Assembly (NCBI GenBank): GCA_963803145.1
Contig: CAWDLW010000015.1
Span: forward strand, 224,001-288,000
Source of the DNA: Methanotrichaceae archaeon
GTDB taxonomy: Archaea; Halobacteriota; Methanosarcinia; Methanotrichales; Methanotrichaceae
Direction of reading: 5' to 3'
DNA length: 64,000 nt
In this document: positions 1 to 10,397 of the stretch, piece by piece
Position numbering within the stretch: the stretch's first letter is position 1
How the letters are laid out: the number at the start of each line of letters is the position of its first letter
The notes under the pieces: model-generated
Databases searched by the model: none
Told to the model about the DNA's origin: nothing
Seen by the model: the letters and a program-made list of their open reading frames with translations, nothing else
Translations under genes and position numbers: made by a program

Positions 1-457
1 GTCGCGATCTGACTAGGCGCATCCTGCCGCGAGCTTCGAGGCATTCAGTTTAAGATAAAGATACAATTAGTGAATCGGATGGTGAGCTTCGTGATTGCGG
101 CGATCGATTATCCCGATCATAGGCACAGGAAGTTCATCCTTGCCTGGTTGGTCCTGTTAAAGCTCAGGATGACTCATCTCTTGGCATCCTGACTACTACT
201 ACTGCCTGAGCAGCGCGAAGGTATGTCGAACTGATCTATCATCATCTCCGGATAGCCCATAGGCTTGTCGGTCCTTGACCATCCAAACGTTCTTGTGGCC
301 TTCATCCGGCCATCTTTAGACAAGTTCGCCCCTACGGTTTCAAAGAGGGCGGCGTTATCATCTACAACTCACCGATATTCTGAAGTGGTAGGATGTTGGA
401 TGATGAACAATGCTTATATTCTTTAATGCCCATTCAATGTGTATTGAGTGAGGGTCC

Positions 458-694
458 ATGAACATTAATTTGGGCGCGCCCTACGAGGCCGCCATAAAGA
501 GCATCATCGAGAAAGGCTATGCTGGAAGCCAGACTGAGGTTATACGCCAGGCCATCCTTGCCTACGAGCGGATAATCGAGGAGGAAGAGCTTGCCCTGGT
601 ACACAAAGCGGTTGAGATAGAGATGGAAGAGATAGAGGCCAGAGAGAGCAAGACCTATTCTTTCGAAGACATAAAGAAGATCGTCAAAGGCTAA
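458..694 (+). CDS. Ribbon-helix-helix (ParD/CopG-like) antitoxin
   Basis: 78 aa; MNINL...GYAGSQTEVIRQAI RHH pattern, acidic C-terminus; directly upstream of RelE-like ORF. Confidence 0.75.
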   Translation: MNINLGAPYEAAIKSIIEKGYAGSQTEVIRQAILAYERIIEEEELALVHKAVEIEMEEIEARESKTYSFEDIKKIVKG

Positions 695-704
695 CCTGGA
701 CATT

Positions 705-965
705 ATGGAGCTTATCTTTTCAGAATCTGCCAGAAGGGAGATGGAGGATCTAGAGCAAGAATTGAAATTTCTTTTTATCGAGCATCTTGAAAAGATGCAA
801 AAGGCGCCTCCTCGCAAGCACATGATGCATGGTATACCCTGTCATGTAGAAAAGGTGACGAAGCAGGCAAGAATAGTCTACAATATCAAAGGAGAACAAA
901 TCTATGTGCTACACTGCTTCGCCAGTCACAAGGAGTACGAGCGCTGGTATAAATCATACAAATAG
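705..965 (+). CDS. RelE/ParE-superfamily type II toxin
   Basis: 86 aa; IFSESARRE N-terminus, RIVY motif, C-terminal HKEYERWY; paired with antitoxin. Confidence 0.75.
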   Translation: MELIFSESARREMEDLEQELKFLFIEHLEKMQKAPPRKHMMHGIPCHVEKVTKQARIVYNIKGEQIYVLHCFASHKEYERWYKSYK

Positions 966-1079
966 GGCAGCGTGACCTTTGCGAAATGGAGTTGGATCTT
1001 GCCAATTCCTTAGTGATTGATCCAATCCCAAACCGGATGCTCTAGAGATCGATGATGCTAAATACTATTACTACAATTA

Positions 1080-1781
1080 TTGTATGTTATGCAAAGGATT
1101 GCTGTATTAACATTGTTGGTACTATCTCTGTTAGTACTATCCCTTCTAGAGATACCCACTCTCGCTGCCGTTGGTGGGAATTCATCCGAACAACTAGCGC
1201 CGGATTTAGTTGGACAGCTCAATCAATCCAATCAAACCGTGACTGCAAAAGAAGAGAGTTTATGGCTGCAAATGAGGACTCTGTGGCTGGAAAATGTGTT
1301 CTGGACCAGGATGGCTATGGTCAGCATAATCCAGGGCTGCGATAACAGAGTATCGGTTCAGAACAGATTAATGAGAAATTACCAGGATATGGAAACTACG
1401 CTCAGTCCTTATCTGGGGAATGAGACAGCAACCAGATACGGAGATCTGATCGAAAAGAATACTCAGATCACAATTGATCTTGCCACTGCCGCGGGGAATA
1501 AAAACCAATCTGCTCTCGAAAATGCAAACAAAAGCTTGTTTGAAAATGCTGATAGCATTGCCTCTTTCGAGAACACAACTGTTGCCAAGCTCCCCATCGA
1601 TGACAGAAAGGCTATGTGGCATAATTATCTGAATCTCACCAGAAACGAGACCACTGAGCTGGCTAACAAAGATTACAATGCCTCAATTGACACATTTGAT
1701 CTGCTGGAAGAGCAGACCAACATTATGGCTGATTCTCTGACCAACGGAATCATTCAGAATTCACCAATGGGGTTCGAGTAA
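1080..1781 (+). CDS. Secreted helical-bundle hypothetical protein (MRxLWxx[H/N]VxWTR family)
   Basis: Signal-peptide-like N-terminus, many NxS/T sequons, QMRTLWLENVFWTRMAMVSI motif. Confidence 0.6.
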   Translation: MYVMQRIAVLTLLVLSLLVLSLLEIPTLAAVGGNSSEQLAPDLVGQLNQSNQTVTAKEESLWLQMRTLWLENVFWTRMAMVSIIQGCDNRVSVQNRLMRNYQDMETTLSPYLGNETATRYGDLIEKNTQITIDLATAAGNKNQSALENANKSLFENADSIASFENTTVAKLPIDDRKAMWHNYLNLTRNETTELANKDYNASIDTFDLLEEQTNIMADSLTNGIIQNSPMGFE

Positions 1782-1815
1782 CATGAGCGCAAAGTCAGCT
1801 TTAATAGGTGGAAAA

Positions 1816-2667
1816 ATGAAAAAGATATTAGCACTGGCAATCCTGATTGTGCTCCTCACAGTCAGCGCATGGGCTCAGCCAACTCCACAAGCTAAACCCC
1901 CAAGCCCGGAGTCTTTAGGAATTCAGATCCCAACACCCGCGTCCAGCACTCAAGCCCCGCCGACCTCCGAAAGCACACAAACTTTGATCGCTACAAGCGA
2001 ATCATCAGCCCGCGCCACAGGTTCCTCAGCTAGATCTGTATCAACGTCACCAACACTGACCGCCATAATAGTCCCGCCTGGGACCTCGTCACCCAACAAA
2101 TTCTATGTTCCCTACACACCATCTACTGTGGCCAGCTGTTATTACGGTCAGTGGCTCCCCTTATGGCTAAACGTGCAGGGCACTGGACAGCTGTATAGCT
2201 ATGAATGGTATCCAAGCGGACGGTTAGTTAGCCAGTACCTGACCAATATACGGAATCCAGGCTGGCAGAAGATGTGGTTTAACGGAGATGCCGCCGGATG
2301 GCATACACTGCAGTACTATTGCAGCGGCTGGAGCAATTACATATACATTTACGTCTATGGATCGTCCAACCCAACTCCAACACCACTGTCACCGTATCCG
2401 CCATCACCGTATCCACCGTCGCCCTATCCGCCATCCCCAGGATGCAACGCCAAAATAACCGTTACATCCAACTCGATTAGAGGATATTCGGTTTATGTGG
2501 ATGATAACTATGTTGGAGGAGACGGCCAAGGCAACCCGCGCGATGGCACATTCAGCTTCACTGTATCTGGAAATCAACCGCATACCATAAGGGTATACAG
2601 TAATGGCTTCAGCTATTCTCAGACCAAGCTCTATAGCTGCGGGAATAGCTACACGCTCAAAGTATGA
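1816..2667 (+). CDS. Secreted Pro/Ser/Thr-rich surface protein with Trp/Tyr-rich beta domain and C-terminal PEGA-like domain
   Basis: GGTGG RBS before MKKILAL signal peptide at 1816 (track start 1783); PYPPS x3; YSVYVDDNYVG motif. Confidence 0.7.
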   Translation: MKKILALAILIVLLTVSAWAQPTPQAKPPSPESLGIQIPTPASSTQAPPTSESTQTLIATSESSARATGSSARSVSTSPTLTAIIVPPGTSSPNKFYVPYTPSTVASCYYGQWLPLWLNVQGTGQLYSYEWYPSGRLVSQYLTNIRNPGWQKMWFNGDAAGWHTLQYYCSGWSNYIYIYVYGSSNPTPTPLSPYPPSPYPPSPYPPSPGCNAKITVTSNSIRGYSVYVDDNYVGGDGQGNPRDGTFSFTVSGNQPHTIRVYSNGFSYSQTKLYSCGNSYTLKV

Positions 2668-2694
2668 TCGGATCGAAATGATCCGATTTTTTTT
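2667..2694 (+). terminator. Hairpin plus T-tract terminator
   Basis: ATCGGATC-gaaat-GATCCGAT followed by T run right after the stop codon. Confidence 0.7.
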
Positions 2695-2940
2695 GGTTAT
2701 CGTGGACTATTTCGCTATTTGATTTCGTTGGTTATCAGAAAGTCGGCGAAAACAACTTTAGCCTGATGCTTATTCGTAGTTTCACTTGGTTATAAGATAT
2801 ATTATCCTTTGTATTATTATAGTGCATCTTTAATGCAATTTGAGATAGTGCCATCCAAGTGGCAAAGCAATATGAGAGACCCTAGAGATAAGTTAATATT
2901 GCTGTATCTCGATTTAATGCCAATGTCTGGAGGGACCCAT

Positions 2941-4107
2941 GTGAAGCTATTTGCGATATCTTTGGCTTTCGTCTGTTTATTGCTAATATCACTATTGGCA
3001 AATGGATCGACCGTCTCACAAGATCTAGGCAAAGATGCCTTGATGAATTTGGCTGGGAATATATCGTACAACGTGAGGAATCTCACCGTTAATGATACGG
3101 CCATTAGTGCCGCGAAAAATCAGTCTTTCAGTATGGCGATACCTGTCCGTAATTTGAGCGGCGGCCGAGCGTGGGATTTCCTTATGCTAAAAATAACGAA
3201 TAACGATACGAAAGGCACGATTGCCTCTGAGATCTCTGCCCTGAAGGGATCCGATGGCAGTTTGCTGTGGAAGAAAGATTTCCCTGAAGCGATTGCCTAC
3301 GCCTTCCCGGTGGATGATCCTAATGGAGATGGCAGCAGCGATGTTGTAGTTGACGTGGCTCTGACAGGCATGAGCTTCATACCTTATAGCGAGTTGCTTG
3401 TTCTGGACGGCAGTAACGGCACAGAGATCTGGAGAAGGCAAAACTTCCTGGCTGCAACTATAGCATATCCGCTGAACAAGACAATGCTTCTGGAACATCT
3501 CTTTGGAATAGATCCTGCGAATAAAACCGCTGTGACTAAAATAAGCTCAATTCTAGCCGCCAATGGAACAGAGATCGATTCCAGGATCTTCCAAGGGGCG
3601 ATAGCTATTGAGTACCCTGCATGCAATCTCACAGGAAATGCGAGCCATGATAGCATAATAGCGGCGTATAATATCGATGAGAAGAACAGCTCGGTATCAA
3701 CGGACATAAGTGCTTTGAGAAGCTTGGACCGCTCAGAGCTATGGCATAAGAAATTCAACAATTTGGCACTCGCGATTCCCAATGAGGATGTGACTGGAGA
3801 TGGCCTCTCGGATATTGTTGTCTATGAGATGCGCCCTGAAAGAAACAGCTCAAACAGCATAAATAGCACAAATACAAGCATCTCCCTTCTCAGAGGGTCG
3901 GACGGAGTGATGCTCTGGCAGAGGCTTTATAACGGCTCAGTTGCAATCGCCTCTACAGTTCCTGATCTTACTGGTGATGGGATCAAGGATTTCATCATAT
4001 ACAAATTCGGTGGCTCCGGCAAAGAAGCCGCTAGCGTTGAGGCGCTCAAAGGAGATAACGGATCGCTGCTGTGGAGCAGGCCATCGATGATTCTGTTGCC
4101 GCAGTAA
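2941..4107 (+). CDS. Secreted FG-GAP/PQQ-like beta-propeller protein
   Basis: Probable GTG start after GGAGG (track start 2809); repeated DxTGDGxxD Ca-binding loops and GxDGxxLW blades. Confidence 0.75.
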   Translation: MKLFAISLAFVCLLLISLLANGSTVSQDLGKDALMNLAGNISYNVRNLTVNDTAISAAKNQSFSMAIPVRNLSGGRAWDFLMLKITNNDTKGTIASEISALKGSDGSLLWKKDFPEAIAYAFPVDDPNGDGSSDVVVDVALTGMSFIPYSELLVLDGSNGTEIWRRQNFLAATIAYPLNKTMLLEHLFGIDPANKTAVTKISSILAANGTEIDSRIFQGAIAIEYPACNLTGNASHDSIIAAYNIDEKNSSVSTDISALRSLDRSELWHKKFNNLALAIPNEDVTGDGLSDIVVYEMRPERNSSNSINSTNTSISLLRGSDGVMLWQRLYNGSVAIASTVPDLTGDGIKDFIIYKFGGSGKEAASVEALKGDNGSLLWSRPSMILLPQ

Positions 4108-4522
4108 GCGGCATATCCTTTTTAATCCTCGTACGTGCGCCTCATAGCTGGCGTACAGCTGATGCACACTTCTTAATTCGCAATATGATAAAAGCGCCCA
4201 AATTATGCTTTAGATTCTAATTTATATATTATGATCATAGTTGCAGCTTAAAAACCTTTGATTAAGCTGTCATATTCTACTTACATTCAAAAATAAGCCC
4301 ATTTCATAGATCGTTTGCCGGGCATAGCTTATTTTGCCCGATACTCTAATATAGTTCTGGATTCATTTTCCGAAACGTTATGGTATTGATTTAAGTGATG
4401 CTCATGCTGGGATTGGACAGGAAAATTTTCCTTTGCCTGAAAAGCTTTTTCTAATATGGCTCCAAGGCATGTCCCCAGTAACGTGCATCTTATGTAAAAT
4501 AAAGCGCCTGGAGGGGATCGAT

Positions 4523-4768
4523 ATGGCGAGCGAGATCAAGAGGTGTTATAAGGAAATGGCCCATATAGATACTACTGAACAAGCCGTACAATGGTGTGCA
4601 GATGAGTCTGCTGATGTCGAGTTCTCCAACAACGTCGGCGTACGTAGGGTCTGGGTAAGGATCCAGGGTCACCCTGTTGTCGTCAGAGAGACATTGATCG
4701 ATGCGGTCAAGGTTCTAAATGAGATAGTCAGGAAGCGTAAGTCAGACGAAAGTCTGTATATCTGGTGA
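4523..4768 (+). CDS. Small hypothetical protein
   Basis: GGAGG RBS before ATG 4523 (MASEIK...); track start 4433. Confidence 0.55.
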   Translation: MASEIKRCYKEMAHIDTTEQAVQWCADESADVEFSNNVGVRRVWVRIQGHPVVVRETLIDAVKVLNEIVRKRKSDESLYIW

Positions 4769-5286
4769 TGGGGGGATTAACGGTCTGAACACATTTACCT
4801 ATAAGCCAGCAAGGGATTGCCAAAAGGGCACGCTGTTGGCGCATGTGCACCGTATTGTATATTTCTAATATGGGATATTTCCAGCCAATCCTTATCATAA
4901 GATCTGCTATATCTCTGCGGTATGCCACACAATTTGCATGCGCTTACAATCGCTCGACACGTTGCTTGGTTCAGCTGAAGACCATGCTACAATGAATTAA
5001 TCTAAGGGCGACAATGTCATTGATACAAATTCAACTATATCATTTATAGCACCAATGGCTTTATAAAATAACTTTCGATTCAATGAAGTAATTATGGATA
5101 TACCCGTTATCAAATGAATAAGATCATCGATCATATTCTCATAGGAATGGTTAGCGCCAACAGAAGCGCCTCGATGATTATTATATATACCAAACGATGG
5201 CATTATTAGCAGATTTCAAACGCTATCTATACAACATGTAACATTTTTTAGTAATGTTTTTAAGCCTAGAAGAGACAATTATATTT

Positions 5287-5523
5287 ATGGCAAGTCAAAG
5301 CGATACGGATATCAAGGCGGAAGAGGAGTATAGAGAATATATCTGCAGAGAGGTATATCAGAATAAAGAATGCGGCTTTTCGGTGCGTGCAAAGAGCGAA
5401 GATGAAGTTATAGAGCACGCGCAAATGCACCAGGAGCAAGCCCATGGTATGACAGGAAGAACTCCAGATACTGAAAACAACATTAGAGGAAATATTAGGA
5501 CAGTCAGAGTTCCAGTTACCTAA
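5287..5523 (+). CDS. DUF1059 small metal-binding protein
   Basis: C...CGFSVRAKSEDEVIEHAQMHQEQAHGM signature; track start 5254. Confidence 0.8.
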   Translation: MASQSDTDIKAEEEYREYICREVYQNKECGFSVRAKSEDEVIEHAQMHQEQAHGMTGRTPDTENNIRGNIRTVRVPVT

Positions 5524-5740
5524 ACCTTATCGATAATTTTTATATTTCGTTATATCTTTTAGTTACATATCATATTTCTCTTAAACAATTAGCATGCTAA
5601 CCCTCGAACTGATAATGATAACTTATAAATCAAATGGTAAGCAGCCGAAGGTGCCATTGGATAGATATCGAATAAAATCGAATCTTAGTCTCGAAAATTG
5701 AGGCTGGCCTCTATCTGAGACCAGCGCCTTAATTGTTAGT

Positions 5741-6646
5741 CTAGTAGTTTGTGCTACTGTATGCTCCAGTAGTCTGCCCAGTGGTCACACCTCCGACAGT
5801 CTGGCTCTGGGATGTCAGGCTGGATGAAACAGCTGTGCCAGTATAGGGTGTACTGTAGGTTGCGGGTACACCGTAGGCTATGCCCTGTGTGTCACAGACG
5901 CCCACAGGAAGTATCCAGGCATTATAGCCGTACATCCTCAATAAAGTCATTGCCACGGCGGAGTTGATGTCGTTATCGCTTATTACAGCTACCGTCGAGC
6001 CTATAGGAATGCTTGCGATATTATTGGCCAGATTAGCAAGGGGTATTCGAATGACGTTACCGTATCCAACAGGTATGATAGCAGTTCCACTAGGGCTGAC
6101 ATCCAGGACGATGACATTTCCAATGCCTTGAGTTACAATTGTCTGGAAATCGTATATAGGCATAATGAACGCCCTGTATTGCGGATATAGAACTAGGAAA
6201 TTCTCAGCTCTGCTGTTTATGACTGTTCTTTCTTCAGTTGTCAGCTCAGATTTCTGGCTTACAGTATAGTAGTTCCGGACATCTGAGATCGCGGTCTGAT
6301 TGGCATTCTGGTTAAGATTCTGGCTAATGTTCTGATTGGCATTACCACCAGCTGCAAATTGGGTACCGGTCTGGCCTATATTCTGTCCGACATTGCCAGC
6401 GCCGATAGCTATTTGCCTTGCATTTTGATTCAGAGTCTGGTTAGCGGTCGTATTGTTGTGCCCAAAGGCCAGCTGATTGGCTCTCTGGTTTATGTTCTGA
6501 TTGATATTTGCACCGCCAGTCGCCCCAGCGAACTGATTCGCATTTTGTGTGATGCCCTGATTTACTACTTGGGCTGATGCAGTTGCTGCTAGAACAACAG
6601 ATACCATCAGCACTGTTAAGATAATTTTGGTATTCGTATAAAACAC
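5741..6646 (-). CDS. Secreted protein with Q/N-rich repeats and inactive rhodanese-like domain
   Basis: Signal peptide; QN(I/L)xQxANQxA repeats; VLDV...IRIPL...AVISDNDINSAVAMTLLRMYGY rhodanese-like segment without catalytic Cys. Confidence 0.65.
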   Translation of the reverse strand: MFYTNTKIILTVLMVSVVLAATASAQVVNQGITQNANQFAGATGGANINQNINQRANQLAFGHNNTTANQTLNQNARQIAIGAGNVGQNIGQTGTQFAAGGNANQNISQNLNQNANQTAISDVRNYYTVSQKSELTTEERTVINSRAENFLVLYPQYRAFIMPIYDFQTIVTQGIGNVIVLDVSPSGTAIIPVGYGNVIRIPLANLANNIASIPIGSTVAVISDNDINSAVAMTLLRMYGYNAWILPVGVCDTQGIAYGVPATYSTPYTGTAVSSSLTSQSQTVGGVTTGQTTGAYSSTNY

Positions 6647-6682
6647 CTAAGCAATATGGGAATCTAATCTATTTAAAAATTA

Positions 6683-8584
6683 TTAAACACTCGTATATTT
6701 TTTCAGCACCTTCGCCAGCTCCCCAATCTGCACGGGCTTGCTGATATATTCATCCATTCCCGACTCCAAGCATCGCTCCCTATCGCCTTTAAGAGCATGA
6801 GCAGTGACAGCTATAATCTTCGGTCCACCATCGGGCCAGCGCCTACGTATCTCTTTTGTGGCCTCTATGCCATCCATCTCTGGCATTTGAACATCCATAA
6901 GGATAATATCATAGGGCTGGCGCTCCAGTGCCTGGAGAACCTCCTGGCCATCAGCCACAGGATCGGCTTTATATCCCAGCTTCTTAAGCATGAGCAGAGC
7001 CATCCTTTGATTTACTAGGTTATCTTCTGCCAGGAGTATACGTAAGTCTTTACATGCCTTAGCTTCGCTTAAATATACGATAGAAGGCTTCACTTTCTTG
7101 GAAGGATGATCAGGCACATAAGTAGAAATCGTGAAGTAGAAGATACTGCCCTCACCTTCCTCGCTCTCCGCCCAGATCCTCCCGCCCATGAGTTCCACAA
7201 GTTTCTTGCTTATTGCGAGCCCTAAGCCAGTCCCTCCGTACTTCCGGGAGGTGGACGCATCGGCTTGCGAAAAAGGCTGAAATAATCCGCCAAGGATATC
7301 CCGAGATATGCCTATGCCGGTATCCTTTACAGAGAATAGTATCTCATAGCTTTCGTCCTCGCGCTGATCGGCCTGAATAGAGACCGCTATCTTTCCCTTA
7401 TCTGTAAACTTCACAGCGTTGCTGAGTAAATTGACCAAAACCTGACGTATCCTTGATGCGTCTCCAGCTAAGATCTCTGGGATATATCCAACTTCCTTGA
7501 AGGAGAGTTCTAAACCCTTCTCAGAGCCACATGGAGAGATCAGATCAAGAGACTCCTCAATGCAGGATCGGATGCTGAAGGGCTCACACTCAAGTTCAAG
7601 CTTTTCGACCTCTATTCTGGAGAAGTCAAGGATATCGTTTATTATAGCGAGCAGGGCTTGGCCGCTGTTCCTAATCGTCTCGACAAATTCTTTTTGCTCC
7701 TGATCTAAATTTGTCTCCATGAGAAGGCTGGTCATCCCTATAACTGCGTTCATGGGAGTTCTAATTTCGTGGCTCATGGTTGCCAGAAACTCCGACTTAG
7801 CCCTACCTGCAGCCTCGGCAGATTCCTTGGCCTTAAGGAGTTCTGCCTCCGCTTTCGTACGCTTCTTGATCTCCAGTACAAGCTTAAGATTGATTTTTTC
7901 TAAGCGTTCATTGGCCTTCAACAGATCATCCTCTGTTCTCCTCCGCCCTAATGCCTCAGCCTGTAGTGTCCGATCAGCCTCCTTAAGTTCCTCCGTCCTC
8001 TCCATGAGCCGCTGCTCTAGGGCATCCTTGGCCTCACGGAGTGCCTCATCCATCTGCTTATGCTTTGTGATATCAGTGAATATCAACGCAAGCTGGCTCG
8101 GGGCAGGGCGATAAGCGGATATTTCGCAATCCCTATTGAGCACCGAAGAATGGATTTCAAAATGAATCGGCATGCCTGCAAGAGCAATATTGCCATATAC
8201 TCGGGTCCAATATGGATCGTTATCAGGTAATATTTCGCTCTTAAATTTGCCTACAACATCCTCACGCTTAAGACCTATAATCTGTTCAAATGAGGGATTT
8301 ATATCCAGGAACCTGTAATCATATGGCTGACCTTTTTCATCACATATAATCTCGTGAAGAGCAAAGCCCTCAGCCATTCCATTAAACAGAGACTTATAGC
8401 GCTCCTCTGAATTCTTGAGTATTTTCACAGTTGATGATAAATCTTCCAATCGGGTTCGAAGCTCTTTCAAAACATCTGGCAAGATACCAATAAAGCTGCC
8501 TTGAACATCAGCATCCTTTAGCTTTAAATCATCCATACGCTGGAAGATTTCATCAATCCTCTGTTGGGAAATAGCATCAGTCAT
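6683..8584 (-). CDS. Hybrid sensor histidine kinase (PAS, HisKA, HATPase_c, REC)
   Basis: [15 protein letters not shown]-box, NAVKFT, DTGIG, GGTGLGL, C-terminal AEDN...LMDVQMP...SKP receiver. Confidence 0.95.
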   Translation of the reverse strand: MTDAISQQRIDEIFQRMDDLKLKDADVQGSFIGILPDVLKELRTRLEDLSSTVKILKNSEERYKSLFNGMAEGFALHEIICDEKGQPYDYRFLDINPSFEQIIGLKREDVVGKFKSEILPDNDPYWTRVYGNIALAGMPIHFEIHSSVLNRDCEISAYRPAPSQLALIFTDITKHKQMDEALREAKDALEQRLMERTEELKEADRTLQAEALGRRRTEDDLLKANERLEKINLKLVLEIKKRTKAEAELLKAKESAEAAGRAKSEFLATMSHEIRTPMNAVIGMTSLLMETNLDQEQKEFVETIRNSGQALLAIINDILDFSRIEVEKLELECEPFSIRSCIEESLDLISPCGSEKGLELSFKEVGYIPEILAGDASRIRQVLVNLLSNAVKFTDKGKIAVSIQADQREDESYEILFSVKDTGIGISRDILGGLFQPFSQADASTSRKYGGTGLGLAISKKLVELMGGRIWAESEEGEGSIFYFTISTYVPDHPSKKVKPSIVYLSEAKACKDLRILLAEDNLVNQRMALLMLKKLGYKADPVADGQEVLQALERQPYDIILMDVQMPEMDGIEATKEIRRRWPDGGPKIIAVTAHALKGDRERCLESGMDEYISKPVQIGELAKVLKKYTSV

Positions 8585-8625
8585 ACTATTATCCTGCCAT
8601 GGCCCACATTTCTTAAAATATTATA

Positions 8626-8683
8626 TTTAGTAGTATCTCTACTATTCATAGTTTTTTAGTAGTATCTCTACTATTCATAGTTT
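8626..8683. repeat. 29-bp perfect tandem duplication with internal inverted repeat upstream of kinase
   Basis: TTTAGTAGTATCTCTACTATTCATAGTTT x2; each copy has TAGTAG-N5-CTACTA. Confidence 0.85.
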
Positions 8684-8838
8684 ACTACTATTATTCCGGG
8701 ACTAACGACATGGCTTCAATAACTTATCTAGATCAATTCTGTTTATATAAATATGTAGCCGACCAGTTTCGTTGTCATAAATGATAATAAAAAATCTATG
8801 TATACCAGTTTATCTCTTTATGAACAGCTCTACTTTTC

Positions 8839-9690
8839 TCAAAATGGAAAATCTTTACACGAAAACCCAGCTGCTCCTTTATGGCCTCCTCCGCCATATT
8901 TCTTCGCCAAGACAGCACAGTTAACCTCCAGCTTATCGCTATAGAGGGTAATTCCCCAAAACTGACCACGAATATAGCTGTAGGCTATCACGAGGTCGTG
9001 TTTAGCAGGATCATACATGCTCTCGAAGAACTTGGATGAGACATTGCCTACGTTCACTGCTAGCGTTCGAAGACCTTCAAACTGGATCTCATACGCATGG
9101 GAGTGCATATATCTGGCACTTGTCTGTGCGACGTAAGAAAGGATCATTTTGCCTCGGCCAATCGTATTTTCATAAAAGGTACGATCTGCTATGAAGAGAT
9201 TATTCCAAAATTCCCAATTCTTAAGTGGATCAGTGTTTTCTAGCCGCAGTCCGTATTGGAATGGTAATATCTCGTTATCCCATTGGACTTGATCGCTATG
9301 GTCCCAAACATCATAGCGGCCTAAAAGATAGATAAACCTCGGCATCTCAACGTTTGGATATAGGTACTCCCAGGCAAGCTCACATGCTCCTTTGCCTATC
9401 TCTCGTTTTCCAAGTATAGTCTCGCCTGATGCTCCCCAAGCCTCAATAGCACTTATATGGTGATCGATCCAGACCAATTTACAGGATTGATTGAGCCTTA
9501 TCATCTGTTCAAATGGCTGCAGGCCAAAATCCACCACATAGATTGTATCTTCTGGCTCGATAGTCTCCCATGGAAATGGTTGGTTATAATTAATTGGATG
9601 GAGCTCTGCCTCTGGAAAACGGTGCTTGACTATAGCACCCGAGCAGTATCCATCGAAATCTGCTGAATGATAGAAAACATGAAGAGCCAT
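8839..9690 (-). CDS. DHH/DHHA1 family phosphoesterase (nanoRNase-like)
   Basis: YHSADFDG, VVDF, WIDHH, GGGGHKGAAGF motifs; likely start MALHVF (track start 9753). Confidence 0.9.
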   Translation of the reverse strand: MALHVFYHSADFDGYCSGAIVKHRFPEAELHPINYNQPFPWETIEPEDTIYVVDFGLQPFEQMIRLNQSCKLVWIDHHISAIEAWGASGETILGKREIGKGACELAWEYLYPNVEMPRFIYLLGRYDVWDHSDQVQWDNEILPFQYGLRLENTDPLKNWEFWNNLFIADRTFYENTIGRGKMILSYVAQTSARYMHSHAYEIQFEGLRTLAVNVGNVSSKFFESMYDPAKHDLVIAYSYIRGQFWGITLYSDKLEVNCAVLAKKYGGGGHKGAAGFSCKDFPF

Positions 9691-9990
9691 TACTGTTCCT
9701 TCATAGATTTGCCTATATATATGGCTACAGGCGAATTGCGCCTGTGCATTCACTGATTGCTTCAGGGCGTTCGAAAAAATATATTAGTTTATTCACTAGA
9801 CCATCTTTCAAGCGCATATCCCCATTTTGGAGGGTCTAAGATACGCTATCTTAAAAGGTTTGTCATCTATAACTTGGTCGTTAGCAGCTATTTCCGAACT
9901 CAGAAAAGGGTAAATGGTCTCCGATGCTCGCAGAGGAATTTAATCATCTCTATCGAAACATTTATTACGACTATTGACGTATATGATAAG

Positions 9991-10070
9991 TGGCAAAAGT
10001 CGATCCTATTCGCCTTGCCTCCTTATTGCTAGTCTCCGTGCCAAGACGTATAATCAGACTTTTGCCTTCC
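9991..10070 (+). ncRNA. Candidate small structured RNA
   Basis: BRE/TATA-like CGAAACATTTATTA at 9954-9967; 10-bp terminal stem GGCAAAAGTC/GACTTTTGCC; CCTCCTT in the enclosed region. Confidence 0.35.
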
Positions 10071-10397
10071 CCAATTCTCATTAATGCTTCCGCATGCCCC
10101 AGCATTTTGATATATTGATATTCCTGCGATCATCATGCTATCTATTGAACACGCTATAATATTTTAGCGTCGGCAGGATGCACTTCGCCAGTTCGTTCTA
10201 ATTTCGGTGATTCTACTTCAAGATTTAAATTGGCTAACTCAAGATAGCATAAGGTCCTAAAGGGCATCCATTAAGATCGGCTGATATTCTTACGATATTG
10301 GATTCGTCAATTGAAAGCAATAATATATATAGTTTAGAGTGAAGAAAATTATAGAAGTAGAGAACCCTAGAAATTGAATCGATAGTAGGAGTGGATT

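Noticed and set aside
8626-8683. 29-bp repeats as a mini-CRISPR
   Set aside because: Directly tandem with no spacer and no cas genes; no CRISPR array seen in the window
9757-10032. 91-aa ORF between the DHH gene and the cupredoxin gene
   Set aside because: TTG start, no RBS or motif; overlaps the putative promoter and sRNA region
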